From NCBI GenBank assembly GCA_963727625.1, contig CAVSHR010000005.1, forward strand, positions 544,001-608,000: DNA of 64,000 nucleotides, written 5' to 3'. Both the position numbers and the translations under genes were made by a program. A model generated the notes under the pieces. It was not told where the DNA came from. It worked only from the letters and a program-made list of their open reading frames with translations, and searched no databases. Within the stretch, counting starts at the first letter, position 1. Every line of letters starts with the position of its first letter. Source of the stretch: an uncultured delta proteobacterium (lineage in GTDB: Bacteria > Desulfobacterota > Binatia > UBA9968). This document shows, in pieces, positions 19,987 to 29,866 of the stretch.

Positions 19987-21582
19987 ATGCCAACCTACGA
20001 CGCCATCGTCATCGGCGCCGGCCACAATGGCCTTGTCGCCGCCGCCTATCTCGCGAAAGCGGGACAAAAAGTCTTGGTGGTCGAGGGGCGAAACATCCTC
20101 GGCGGCATCGCCGCGACCGAAGAAACTTTTCCGGGATTTAAGTATTCCACCTGCGCGCATCTTGCCAGTTCGTTCTCCAGCGAAGTGATCGCCGATCTCG
20201 ATTTGAAAAAGCATGGACTGGAAGTGCTTCAGCTCGACCCGCTTCTATTTGCACCTAGCCCCGACGGCAATTCTCTGGTTATAGGGAGCGACCCCGCCAA
20301 GGCCGTCGAGGGAATTAGTCGACATTCAAAAGACGACGCAAACAGGTACCCACCATTCTTCGCCCGGCTAAAAATTTTGTCGGCATTTCTACGAACGCTC
20401 TACGGCTTGTCAATGCCGGACAAAGCTAACCCTGGGAACTTTAATTCCATGGAGCTGCTCAAAGCCGGACTCAAGTTTCACGGTTTGGGCGACAAAGAAG
20501 GTTACGAGTTTCTCCGCATCTTGCCGATGAGCGTAGCCGACTTGCTGAACGAATGGTTCGAGAGCGATTTACTAAAGGCCAGTCTTGCTGCAAGCGGCAT
20601 CCTCGGCTCCTTCGTAGGACCGCACCAACAAGGAACCGCTTTCAATCTCGTGCACCACCAAATGGGTGGATCCAACGGCGCCCTGCGCACGACCGGCTTG
20701 GTCCGCGGCGGCATCGGCAAGCTGGCCGACGCTCTCGCTGGCGCAGCGCGCCGGCATGGCGCCGAGATCCGGACCGGCAATGCCGTGGCAAGAATCGTCA
20801 CGAAAAGCGGCGCCGCGACCGGCATCGCCTTGGCAAGCGGCGACGAAATCGATGCCTCAACGGTGATTTCCAGCGCCGATGTCAAGCAAACTTTCCTGCA
20901 GCTCGTCGAGCCGACTTATCTGGATCCGCACTTTTTGCTGCGAGTCAAAAACATTCGCGCCCGCGGCACCGTTGCCAAAGTAAATTTAGCCTTGGACGCA
21001 TTGCCGAAGTTCAAAGGCCCGAGCGACCGCGGGTCAGAGTCCGCGCTCGGCGGCATTATTCACATCGGCCCGACCCTCGATTATCTCGAACGGGCCGCCG
21101 ACGCCGCCAAATACGGCCGTTTCTCGGAGAATCCCTTTCTCGAGATCGTCATTCCGACAGTCGCCGACTCTTCGCTGGCGCCGGCGGGTAAACATGTCAT
21201 GTCGGTATGGACACAATTTGCGCCCTACGACTTGCGAGGATCGAATTGGAACAACCAGCGCGACACCTTGGGCGATACCGTAGTGGATTTGATCGAAGAG
21301 TATGCGCCCGGTTTTAAAGATTCCATTTTGCACCGCCAGGTTTTGACACCGCTCGATCTAGAACAAGACTTCGGCCTCACCGGTGGTCACCCCTACCACG
21401 CGGAGTTGGGTCTGGACCAGATTTTTTTCATGCGGCCGGTGCCCGGCTGGGCACGCTATCACACACCGATCAAAAATTTCTTTCTCTGTGGCTCTGGCAC
21501 ACACCCCGGCGGCGGCATCACCGGCCTTCCGGGCTACTACGCGGCCAAAGAAATGATCAAAAGCCGGCGGCGCGGCAAGTAG
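19987..21582 (+). CDS. Phytoene-dehydrogenase-like (COG1233) FAD oxidoreductase, copy B
   Basis: GAGHNG, AKVNLALD, GSGTHPGGGITG; paralog of the upstream gene. Confidence 0.88.
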   Translation: MPTYDAIVIGAGHNGLVAAAYLAKAGQKVLVVEGRNILGGIAATEETFPGFKYSTCAHLASSFSSEVIADLDLKKHGLEVLQLDPLLFAPSPDGNSLVIGSDPAKAVEGISRHSKDDANRYPPFFARLKILSAFLRTLYGLSMPDKANPGNFNSMELLKAGLKFHGLGDKEGYEFLRILPMSVADLLNEWFESDLLKASLAASGILGSFVGPHQQGTAFNLVHHQMGGSNGALRTTGLVRGGIGKLADALAGAARRHGAEIRTGNAVARIVTKSGAATGIALASGDEIDASTVISSADVKQTFLQLVEPTYLDPHFLLRVKNIRARGTVAKVNLALDALPKFKGPSDRGSESALGGIIHIGPTLDYLERAADAAKYGRFSENPFLEIVIPTVADSSLAPAGKHVMSVWTQFAPYDLRGSNWNNQRDTLGDTVVDLIEEYAPGFKDSILHRQVLTPLDLEQDFGLTGGHPYHAELGLDQIFFMRPVPGWARYHTPIKNFFLCGSGTHPGGGITGLPGYYAAKEMIKSRRRGK

Positions 21583-21648
21583 CGTCAGCCTAGGAATTTT
21601 TCTTCGTCCGTGGTAAACGGAAAATAGTTTTACTCGTTCAGGCAATGA

Positions 21649-22632
21649 ATGAAAATTTATCTTGGATTATTGGAAAGCTCACCACCGAGGAGGACGCGAA
21701 TTTTCGGCGAGGTCCAAGGCAAACTGGTCGATCTCCAGCTCGCCTACGCCGGCTATCTGGCCCAAACCAGGGCGAACTGCGCCAACGCCTACGAGCTTGC
21801 CGCATATTATTTGCCGCAATCGATCGCGGCCTTTCTCGAACGCGGCGAGGTAGGGAGCAAGGCATTGGACGAGACGGCATCCTTCGCGCACAAAAGCGGT
21901 GCGCGGGAGCTTCGCGGTCCGAGTGAAGAAAAAGTCACCTACGCTCTGGATGAAATTCGCCTGCTCCCGCCGCTGCAAAATCCCGAGCGCAGCCTTGTCA
22001 TTGGATTTTCCGACCGGGCCCGCACCGAGGCCTTGCCCAAGGCCGAAATCCCCACGGGTTTTTACAAGCTGCCGCAAACATTCGTCGCCGGTGGCGTGCC
22101 GATCGTCTGGCCGAAGTTCTCCGAACAGCTCGACGCCGACGCCTGCCTCGCTTTAGTCATCGGCAAGGCGGGCAGGAGGATCGAACCCGCTAACGCTTGG
22201 GATCACATCGGCGGCGTCACGCTGCTGATCGACGTGACCGCCCGCGACATCAACAAGCGCGAAGGCCTGACGACCAACAATCTGCTCGGCAAAAATTTTC
22301 CCGGGAGCACCTCTCTCGGTCCGGCCCTATTGCTCAAGCCTGATCGCAAGGCGCTCAAAGGCCTGGAAGTCGAACTCAGCATCGACGACGAGGTAAAGCA
22401 AAAACTCCACCCCGCCGATAGCGTCTTCACCGTCGAGCAGATCGTCGCCCGCTGGTCGATCCTCGGTCTTAAGCCCGGCGACTTCCTCGCCATTGGCGCC
22501 AGCATGGCGATCCATGGCGATCGCCTGCAAAGTCCTGCGCCGTTGAAGGTCGGCTCCGCCATCCGTTGCGTCTCGCCCGCCATCGGAGAATTAGCGCACC
22601 GAGTGGTTGCCGCGGGAGGTCGAAGCCGATGA
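21649..22632 (+). CDS. Fumarylacetoacetate-hydrolase-family protein, catalytically degenerate
   Basis: FAH fold motifs (YKLP, IGKAGRRI, DVTARD, GKNF, LKPGD), but LDADACL in place of DYEVEL. Confidence 0.75.
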   Translation: MKIYLGLLESSPPRRTRIFGEVQGKLVDLQLAYAGYLAQTRANCANAYELAAYYLPQSIAAFLERGEVGSKALDETASFAHKSGARELRGPSEEKVTYALDEIRLLPPLQNPERSLVIGFSDRARTEALPKAEIPTGFYKLPQTFVAGGVPIVWPKFSEQLDADACLALVIGKAGRRIEPANAWDHIGGVTLLIDVTARDINKREGLTTNNLLGKNFPGSTSLGPALLLKPDRKALKGLEVELSIDDEVKQKLHPADSVFTVEQIVARWSILGLKPGDFLAIGASMAIHGDRLQSPAPLKVGSAIRCVSPAIGELAHRVVAAGGRSR

Positions 22633-23585
22633 AACTCGTGACGTTTAAATATCGCGATGAAGAGAAAATCGGCGCCGTTGCGACAAACGGCCACATCGTC
22701 GATTTGCTCGGCGCCTACGCGCGATTTTTGCGAGAATCCGAAGGACATCCTCACGCCGATCAACTCGCCACCGCAATTCTCGGCCGCGACATGCTGGAAT
22801 TTTTGCGCCGCGGCCCTGGGGCCCAGGACGGCGCCCGCAAGGCTTTGGCTTATTTGAGCGAAAACACCGGCGACGGGAGCCGAGAAATGATATTCGAACG
22901 CGATCAGGTTCACCTGATGGCTCCGGTACCCCGGCCGGGCGCGTTGATTTCCGCCGGCAAAAATTTTTCCGACCATGTCGCGGAAATGGCATCCAAGAAA
23001 GGGCCGGAGGCGCCGGTGGCCTTTCTCAAAGTCCCGGGCTCGGTCATCGGCCCGGAAGATGACATCCCCCATCCGCCGGAAGTGAAAAACTTGGACTACG
23101 AAGTCGAGCTGGCCATCATCATCGGAAAACTTTGCATCGACGTGAGCGCGGATGAGGCGTTGGATTACGTCGCCGGCTACTCGGCATTCAACGACATCAG
23201 CGCCCGGGATATCATCCGCGGCGAAAACAAGACTGGAATTCACTTGATGGGCAAGAGTTTTCCCGGTTTCGCACCCATGGGTCCCTATCTCGTTACCGCG
23301 GACGAAATTCCCGAGCCGCAAAACTTGAAACTAAGATTGTCGGTCAACGGCGAAGTGCGCCAGGATTCCAATCTGAGCTACATGATTTTTAAAATCCGCG
23401 AGATGATCGCCTACTGGTCGCAGATGGGGCTAAATCCCGGCGATGTGTTGACCACCGGGACACCGCGCGGCGTCGCGGCGGGAAGAAAATCCGACCAGCC
23501 ACCCTGGTGGCTCAAACCCGGCGAGGTGGTCGAAGCCGAGGTCGAGAAAATCGGCCGGCTCAGAAATCGTATCGTTGCGGAATAA
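22629..23585 (+). CDS. Fumarylacetoacetate-hydrolase-family protein
   Basis: GKNFSDH, FLK, DYEVEL, NDISAR, GKSF, TGTP; ATGA overlap with the upstream gene. Confidence 0.9.
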   Translation: MKLVTFKYRDEEKIGAVATNGHIVDLLGAYARFLRESEGHPHADQLATAILGRDMLEFLRRGPGAQDGARKALAYLSENTGDGSREMIFERDQVHLMAPVPRPGALISAGKNFSDHVAEMASKKGPEAPVAFLKVPGSVIGPEDDIPHPPEVKNLDYEVELAIIIGKLCIDVSADEALDYVAGYSAFNDISARDIIRGENKTGIHLMGKSFPGFAPMGPYLVTADEIPEPQNLKLRLSVNGEVRQDSNLSYMIFKIREMIAYWSQMGLNPGDVLTTGTPRGVAAGRKSDQPPWWLKPGEVVEAEVEKIGRLRNRIVAE

Positions 23586-23619
23586 TCGCCGTTGGGACTG
23601 ATCGACAAGGAGCCGTTTC

Positions 23620-24489
23620 ATGTCGTCCGTGCATTCAGTCATCAAACCGACGGGTCTCGTCTACGGCCATAGCGAGTGCCGATATCTCGACGAGACCCTG
23701 CCGGTCTTGACGCAGGTTTTAGCTTTGGAGCTGATTGAGAGAAAAAACGACCAAGCCGTATTGAAGCATCCAAACACCGGCTGGAAGCTCATCCTTCACG
23801 AAGGGGGTGCCGAGGTCAAAGACAAGCCCGAGCGCAATCACTACGGCGTGCGAGTGTCGAAGAATCGCGAAGTCGACAACGCCTATCAGTACCTGCTCGC
23901 CAACAAGGAAAAACTCGGGCTTAAAAAAGTCGTCAAGCGCAAAGAGCGCGACGGCTCCTACTCGATGTTTTTCGTCGAGCCCGGTGGCAACTACTGGGAG
24001 ATCGAGTCCTACGAAAACCGCCGCAAGGCCGGCTTGCCTGAACAAGTTGCCTATCCGTGGAAGACCAAGCTTACCGAAGAAAAGCTGCCTGGCTGCGGCT
24101 ACATCCCGCAGGCGATGACCCATGGCACCATGGAGTGCATCGCTCTGGCGGCGTCGGTGAAGTTTTACAAAAAAGCCCTTGGATTAGATGTGATCACCCA
24201 CGTACCGACGGTCAGACCCCACGATATCAAACATCCCTCGACTCCCTGGTACGTCGTAAGCCTCGAGGTGCCGCCGAAAAACAAACATTACTTAACGCCC
24301 CTCCAACGCTATACAGTCTCCGTAGAATCACCGGCGGCGCTCGCTCAAGCCCATCAAGAACTATTCAAGCGCCGCGAGGAATTCCGGATCACAGCCATTG
24401 ACGATATCCAGACCACGCCCGAGATGGAGTCGTTTCTACTGAGCGATCTGGATCGTAATTGGTGGGAGATCGCCTACCTGAAGAACTGA
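23620..24489 (+). CDS. Two-domain VOC/glyoxalase-superfamily protein, copy A
   Basis: YGHSEC, NHYG, EPGGNYWEIE, THGTMEC, DLDRNWWEI. Confidence 0.8.
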   Translation: MSSVHSVIKPTGLVYGHSECRYLDETLPVLTQVLALELIERKNDQAVLKHPNTGWKLILHEGGAEVKDKPERNHYGVRVSKNREVDNAYQYLLANKEKLGLKKVVKRKERDGSYSMFFVEPGGNYWEIESYENRRKAGLPEQVAYPWKTKLTEEKLPGCGYIPQAMTHGTMECIALAASVKFYKKALGLDVITHVPTVRPHDIKHPSTPWYVVSLEVPPKNKHYLTPLQRYTVSVESPAALAQAHQELFKRREEFRITAIDDIQTTPEMESFLLSDLDRNWWEIAYLKN

Positions 24490-24499
24490 CCCGGCAATC

Positions 24500-25393
24500 A
24501 TGTTGGAAGCAAATAGATCCGCCGTCGAATCCCTCGGCATCGTCAAAGGCCACTACGAATGCCGTTTCTTTGATGAGACTGTGCCGGTCCTGTCGGAACT
24601 GCTGGCCCTCGAAGTCGTCGAGCGGCGCAACGACGAAGTCATCATGAAACACCCAAACACGGACTGGCTGCTGATCATTCACCAAAGCGGCGCCGACGCG
24701 CCGGACAAGCCTTTTCGCAATCATTATGGCGTGCGCGTCAACGACAACGCCGCGGTCGACCGAGCCTACGCGTATCTACTGACTAAAAAAGACGCGTTGG
24801 GCCTAAAGAAAGTCGTCATGCGGAACGAGCGCTCGGGTTCCTACTCGGTTTTTTTCGTCGAGCCCGGTGGCAATTACTGGGAGATAGAATCCTATCAGCA
24901 CCGCCATCAAGCCGGTTTGCCCTACGAGGTTTCCTATCCCTGGACTGCACCTCTCACTGAGGAAAAATTCCCCGGAAAGGGTTTCATTCCTCAAGCATTT
25001 ACGCACGGAACTGTTGAATGCAACGACTGGGCATCATCGGTGAAGTTTTACACCGAAGGCTTAGGAATGGAGATGATTACCCATGTAACCACGCCCAAAC
25101 CGCACAACATCAAGCATCCCGCAAATCCTTGGTATATAGTGAGCCTGGAAGTGCCCGAGCGAAGCCGCAAATACTTGGGGCCACTCCAGCGCTTCACGAT
25201 CGCGGTCGCTTCACCGATAAAACTTCGCGAAGCCCGCGACGCGCTAATCGCCCGGCGCGACGAATTTTCCGTGACGGAGATCAGCGAAATCAAAGACAAT
25301 CGGGCCGGCCAGTCTTTTCTGCTCTGCGATCTCAACCGCAACTGGTGGGAAATCGCATGCCCCATGATTAAAGACCCCGCTCCCATGCAATGA
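24500..25393 (+). CDS. Two-domain VOC/glyoxalase-superfamily protein, copy B
   Basis: Close paralog of 23620-24489 with the same H/H/E motifs. Confidence 0.8.
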   Translation: MLEANRSAVESLGIVKGHYECRFFDETVPVLSELLALEVVERRNDEVIMKHPNTDWLLIIHQSGADAPDKPFRNHYGVRVNDNAAVDRAYAYLLTKKDALGLKKVVMRNERSGSYSVFFVEPGGNYWEIESYQHRHQAGLPYEVSYPWTAPLTEEKFPGKGFIPQAFTHGTVECNDWASSVKFYTEGLGMEMITHVTTPKPHNIKHPANPWYIVSLEVPERSRKYLGPLQRFTIAVASPIKLREARDALIARRDEFSVTEISEIKDNRAGQSFLLCDLNRNWWEIACPMIKDPAPMQ

Positions 25394-25444
25394 AGTCCTA
25401 GTCTCACCATTCTCTTTCCGCAAACTTCGCCTGAGGACGAACCG

Positions 25445-26080
25445 ATGAACGTCAACGAACTCGCTATTAAAAAGACCGGCCTGCTGTTCTTCGACATGCT
25501 GAACGTTTATTACCACGGCGCGCCGGAGGCGACCAAAAAGCGCATGAAACCGATGGTCGACAACGCCGTGCGCTTGATGAACGGTGCGCGGCAGGCGGCG
25601 ATGCCGATTTTTTACGCCCTAGCCAACCACCGCCCGGACGGCGAGAGCCGGAGCTTGATTGTCACCGACACCGACATGCGGCTTCGCCCCTGGCCAAACG
25701 ATGACTGCAACCCCACGGTCCACGGCGCCACCGAAGGTTCTTGGGAGCAAAAAGTGATCGCTGAAATCGCTCCGCAAGCACAGGACTACGTCATTCCCAA
25801 ATTCCGCTGGAGCACTTTTCACCAAACCTATTTTGATCTCGCGCTGCGCTCGCGCGCCATTGATACTTTGATCATCTCCGGGGGCGCCGTCGATGTCGGC
25901 GTGGCATCGACCGTCTATTCGGCGCGGGATCACGACTACAACGTCATTGTCGTGCGCGACGCGTGCAGCAACTCCCACGAGGACTCCATGGCTGCTTTCA
26001 TGAACACCGTTTTCCCGCGCATGGCCCGAGTGAGGACGACCGACGAGGTCTTGGAAATGATTCGAAAAGGGGCAAAGTAA
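25445..26080 (+). CDS. Isochorismatase/cysteine-hydrolase-family protein (Gly at the nucleophile position)
   Basis: FFDM, KFRWSTF, SGGAVDVGVAST, VRDAC. Confidence 0.8.
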   Translation: MNVNELAIKKTGLLFFDMLNVYYHGAPEATKKRMKPMVDNAVRLMNGARQAAMPIFYALANHRPDGESRSLIVTDTDMRLRPWPNDDCNPTVHGATEGSWEQKVIAEIAPQAQDYVIPKFRWSTFHQTYFDLALRSRAIDTLIISGGAVDVGVASTVYSARDHDYNVIVVRDACSNSHEDSMAAFMNTVFPRMARVRTTDEVLEMIRKGAK

Positions 26081-26173
26081 ACCGACTGACGGGAGGCGAA
26101 TCGGATTCTTTAACCGCCGCTAAATATTTCCGCCGTCCCAACGTCTAACAATCAATGAGAGCGGCGAGATAAT

Positions 26174-26553
26174 ATGAGTGATTTGAAATCCTTACGGTTC
26201 ATCTGCACCTGGGCACTGATCGCCGCAGTGCTATTTCCCCTGACGGTCTAGGCTCAAACCGCGCCCGCGCCCGAAAAGCAAAAGATCGAAACCTTGATCA
26301 AAGAGGTCGGCGATCTCAAAGCGCCAAATTCATCCGCAACGGCTGGACCTACGAAGTATCCACCGCGACCCGTTTTCTTCGCGGGATATGGGAAGCTAAC
26401 GATGCAAGCATAAAAACCGCCCCGGACTTTATCGCTAGGGTCGCTAGTACTTCGGGCACCACAGGACAACCTTATTTGATTCGATTTAAAGACGGCCGTG
26501 AGATCACGAGTTGCGACTTTTTGCTCGCGGGGCTCAAAAAGCGCGAAATTTGA
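26174..26553 (+). pseudogene. DUF5329-like exported protein pseudogene
   Basis: ATG 26174, in-frame TAG 26249-26251 in the signal peptide, frameshift near 26320, then KFIRNG...FLRG.W...SGTTGQPYLIRFKDG. Confidence 0.7.
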
Positions 26554-26700
26554 TAACCTGATTCAGCCGGAATAAGCTCATTAACAAATCGCTCGTCGCC
26601 CCACCCGATTGGCAATAAGTCGGGGTAGCTGCCGCGATATTGACCGCGTTTTCGCGCGATTGATTGATTCGAAAACGAGGCAAACAATAACAAAACCTGT

Positions 26701-26802
26701 TTTGCTCGAACCGCCCTCCTCTTTGTGGCTTCCAATGTCTTCATGGCTTTCGCCTGGTATGAGCTTCTTAAAGATCTCAACGATCTAAAATGGTATAATT
26801 GA
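26701..26802 (+). pseudogene. DMT/DUF486-family membrane protein remnant
   Basis: ALLFVASNVFMAFAWYELLKDL* resembles the SNxFMTFAWYxHLK motif; truncated. Confidence 0.55.
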
Positions 26803-26936
26803 ACCCTTGTGAACAGCGGAACACTGCCTGGTCCGAGTCACCCGCTCCGCCTGCCGGCCAACCGGACCGTTAACTAAGTTAAATTTCAGAAAAACGAATA
26901 AGGCTGGAACCCACCGGTCAGGAGACCCTGGTGGAA

Positions 26937-27878
26937 CTATGCGTCCTGGCTTTCCAGATACCTCTCGGCATCGATCGCCGCCATGCAACCGGTTCCCGCG
27001 GCCGTGATCGCCTGGCGGTAAATGTGATCCTGCACATCGCCGCAGGCGAAGACACCGGCTACGTCGGTCTTGGTGCCGTCGTGGGTGAGGATGTAGCCCG
27101 TCGGGTCGAGCTCCAATTGTCCAATGAACAATTTTGAGTTGGGCTCGTGGCCGATGGCGATGAAGAGGCCGTCGCACTTGAAGTCTTCGCTTTTGCCGGT
27201 CTTTAGGTTTTTCAGCGTGACCCCTTTCACGCCACCAGCTTTGACATGACCGTGAACTTCCTCCACCACGCTATCCCAGATAAACGAGATCTTGGGGTTA
27301 TTCTCAGCTCGGTCCTGCATAATCTTCGAAGCCCGCAATTTATCGCGCCGGTGCACGACGGTGACCTTGGAGGCAAACTTCGTCAAAAATGTCGCCTCCT
27401 CCATTGCGGTATCGCCGCCGCCTACGACGACCAGCTCCTTGTCTTTGAAGAAAAAACCGTCGCAGGTCGCGCAAGCCGACACCCCGTAGCCCATGAGCTT
27501 CATCTCCGACTCCAAGCCCAATAGCTTGGCCGTCGCCCCGGTGGCGATGATCAACGCATCGCAACTATACTTTTCTTTCCCAACCGCAATCTCGAAGGGC
27601 TGCTTCTTCAGATCCACCGCGGTCACCTCACCGAAAATGGTTTCCGTGCCGAAGCGAGCGGCCTGTTTTTTGAATTCTGCCATCAAGTCCGGCCCCATGA
27701 TGCCTTTGGGAAAGCCCGGGTAGTTCTCTACGTCGGTCGTGATGGTAAGCTGGCCTCCGGGCTGAGAGCCCTCGATTACGAGCGGCTGAAGATCAGCGCG
27801 GGCAGCGTAGATGGCGGCGGTGAGCCCCGCGGCGCCGGAACCCAAGATGATGACACGATAATGGCTTTTTTTATCCAT
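26937..27878 (-). CDS. trxB: Thioredoxin reductase
   Basis: GSGAAG, GGQLTITTDVENYPG, CATCDG, GGGDTA, FIAIGH. Confidence 0.97.
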   Translation of the reverse strand: MDKKSHYRVIILGSGAAGLTAAIYAARADLQPLVIEGSQPGGQLTITTDVENYPGFPKGIMGPDLMAEFKKQAARFGTETIFGEVTAVDLKKQPFEIAVGKEKYSCDALIIATGATAKLLGLESEMKLMGYGVSACATCDGFFFKDKELVVVGGGDTAMEEATFLTKFASKVTVVHRRDKLRASKIMQDRAENNPKISFIWDSVVEEVHGHVKAGGVKGVTLKNLKTGKSEDFKCDGLFIAIGHEPNSKLFIGQLELDPTGYILTHDGTKTDVAGVFACGDVQDHIYRQAITAAGTGCMAAIDAERYLESQDA

Positions 27879-28005
27879 CCAGTTTCTGTAACATAATAAA
27901 TTCCACGCAGAAAGGAAGCTCGCCTGACGAGTCCATCGGCGACAAGAAGGATTCTGGGCGAGGCAACTTCGGCGCGATCAAGTTGGGAGTGAAAGCGGGT
28001 TATTC

Positions 28006-28485
28006 ATGGCACAACTGAGTCATTTAGACGAACACGGGCGCGCGCGTATGGTCGATGTCAGCGACAAGGACATCACCAGCCGCATCGCGGTGGCGCGCGG
28101 CACGATTCACATGCGCGCAAAAACCTTGGAGCTTATTTTGAAAGACAAAATTGAAAAGGGCGACGTCTTCTCCGTGGCCCGAGTTGCCGGAATCATGGCG
28201 GCAAAGAAAACCTCGGAGCTGGTGCCCATGTGTCATCCGCTGAGCATCACCTCGGTAGAAATCGACCTGACTCCGGGAAAGAAGCCTCCGCGCGTCGACA
28301 TCGAAGCCTTGGTTCGAGTGAGCGGAAAGACCGGCGTGGAGATGGAAGCGCTCACCGCCGTGTCGGTGGCCGGCCTAACGATTTATGACATGTGCAAAGC
28401 GGTCGACCGCGAGATGACCCTCGGCGAAATTCGCCTGGTTGAAAAGAGCGGCGGCAAAAGCGGGACTTTTATCAGAAAAGAGTAG
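28006..28485 (+). CDS. moaC: Cyclic pyranopterin monophosphate synthase MoaC
   Basis: [38 protein letters not shown]. Confidence 0.97.
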   Translation: MAQLSHLDEHGRARMVDVSDKDITSRIAVARGTIHMRAKTLELILKDKIEKGDVFSVARVAGIMAAKKTSELVPMCHPLSITSVEIDLTPGKKPPRVDIEALVRVSGKTGVEMEALTAVSVAGLTIYDMCKAVDREMTLGEIRLVEKSGGKSGTFIRKE

Positions 28486-28506
28486 CCCTCAGACAGCAGA
28501 AAATTT

Positions 28507-28559
28507 TTGACCCTTTGAACGTTTTGAACGGCTTGATCGATATGAACGACAAGGTTCAA
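28507..28559. repeat. Degenerate 9-mer tandem repeat (TTGAACGNN)
   Basis: TTGAACGTT-TTGAACGGC-TTGATCGAT-ATGAACGAC then inverted GTTCAA; same unit at 56918-56941. Confidence 0.65.
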
Positions 28560-28608
28560 TAAAGAGCATTCCGCCAACCGGCCAAGTTATCTTTGATAGT
28601 TAGCGCCC

Positions 28609-29784
28609 ATGCAGCACATTTACCTGAAACAAGGCCGGGAGCGTCCCGTGCTCAATGGCCACCCGTGGATTTTCTCCGGTGCCATCGAAAAAATTGATGG
28701 CGACGCCCAATCGGTCGGCATTGCCGACGTTTTCGACAGCAAAAAGAATTGGCTTGCCCGAGGCTACTATAATCCGAAATCTCAGATCAGCGTCCGGGTT
28801 CTGACCCGGCAGAAGCAAACCATCGACAGCGATTTCTTCGCGCGCCGGTTGCGCAACGCCCTCGCCCTGCGCCAACGCCCTCGCCCTGCCGGCACCACGG
28901 CCTATCGAATCGTTAACGGTGAAGGTGATTTTTTACCGGGCCTGATTGTCGATCGCTACGCCGGCTTTCTCGTCTGCCAGTTCTACACCGCGGGACTGGC
29001 GCAATTCAGGCAAGAGATCCTCGACGCGCTAAGCTCATGCGAATCGATCGATGGTATCTTCGAACGCACCGAAGGCCGGGTCGGCGATGAAGAAGGGCTC
29101 GAACCGTCGGTTGGCACCATCCGCGGCGAGGCGCCACCGGAAACAATTGAAATAGAGGAAAACGGCCAGAAATTTCTAGTCGATCCGCGGCGCGGCCAGA
29201 AAACCGGCTTCTTTCTCGACCAGCGCGACAATCGCGCATTTTTCTCGACGCTCAGCCGTGACCGCGCGGTTCTCAATTGCTTTGCCTACACCGGCGGTTT
29301 TTCCGTCTTCGCATTCGCCGGCGGCGCCAAGGAAGTCGTCACCTTCGATTCTTCCAAGCCGGCCTTGGAGCTCGCCGAGCGAAATCTTGATCTCAACGGC
29401 TTCGCCAACGCGCCGGGCGAGCTGCTTAAAGGCGACGCCTTCGCCTATTTAAAAGAGATCGACAGGAAGTTCGACGCCATCGTCTTGGATCCGCCGTCTT
29501 TAGCGCATAAGAAAAATGATATCGACGCTGCCGCCGGCGGCTATAAGTTTCTCAACCTGCACGCGTTCAAACATCTCAATCCGGGCGGTTTGCTGCTGAC
29601 TTTTTCTTGCTCTCAACATGTTTCTTCGGACCTCTTTCAAAAAATCGTCTTCGGCGCTGCCGTCGATGCGCAAAGTACGGTCACGATCGTCAAGCGCTTG
29701 GGCCAGCCCATCGATCACCCCGTAAGCCTCCATCACCCCGAAGGCGAGTATCTAAAAGGGCTCGCACTCCGCGTATTGGACTAA
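28609..29784 (+). CDS. RlmI-family PUA-domain rRNA methyltransferase
   Basis: GHPWIFSG, GEGDFLPGLIVD, GQKTGFFLDQRDNR, LDPP, FSCS, EGEYLK. Confidence 0.9.
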   Translation: MQHIYLKQGRERPVLNGHPWIFSGAIEKIDGDAQSVGIADVFDSKKNWLARGYYNPKSQISVRVLTRQKQTIDSDFFARRLRNALALRQRPRPAGTTAYRIVNGEGDFLPGLIVDRYAGFLVCQFYTAGLAQFRQEILDALSSCESIDGIFERTEGRVGDEEGLEPSVGTIRGEAPPETIEIEENGQKFLVDPRRGQKTGFFLDQRDNRAFFSTLSRDRAVLNCFAYTGGFSVFAFAGGAKEVVTFDSSKPALELAERNLDLNGFANAPGELLKGDAFAYLKEIDRKFDAIVLDPPSLAHKKNDIDAAAGGYKFLNLHAFKHLNPGGLLLTFSCSQHVSSDLFQKIVFGAAVDAQSTVTIVKRLGQPIDHPVSLHHPEGEYLKGLALRVLD

Positions 29785-29866
29785 TTGGCGCGCCTTGTGG
29801 TAGACCATTTCGTCGACCCCCTATCGGCATTCGAACGCGTTCAATGCCTGCCACCGCGAGGTGCCC

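Noticed and set aside
18391-21582. Carotenoid biosynthesis (crtI) assignment
   Set aside because: No crtB/crtE/crtY in the window; context is a GcvT-like catabolic cluster.
27918-28000. CTGACGA...GAAA resembling a hammerhead core, or a Moco riboswitch before moaC
   Set aside because: Stem II is not followed by GAAA, no stem III/cleavage triplet geometry, and Moco-motif elements are not recognisable.
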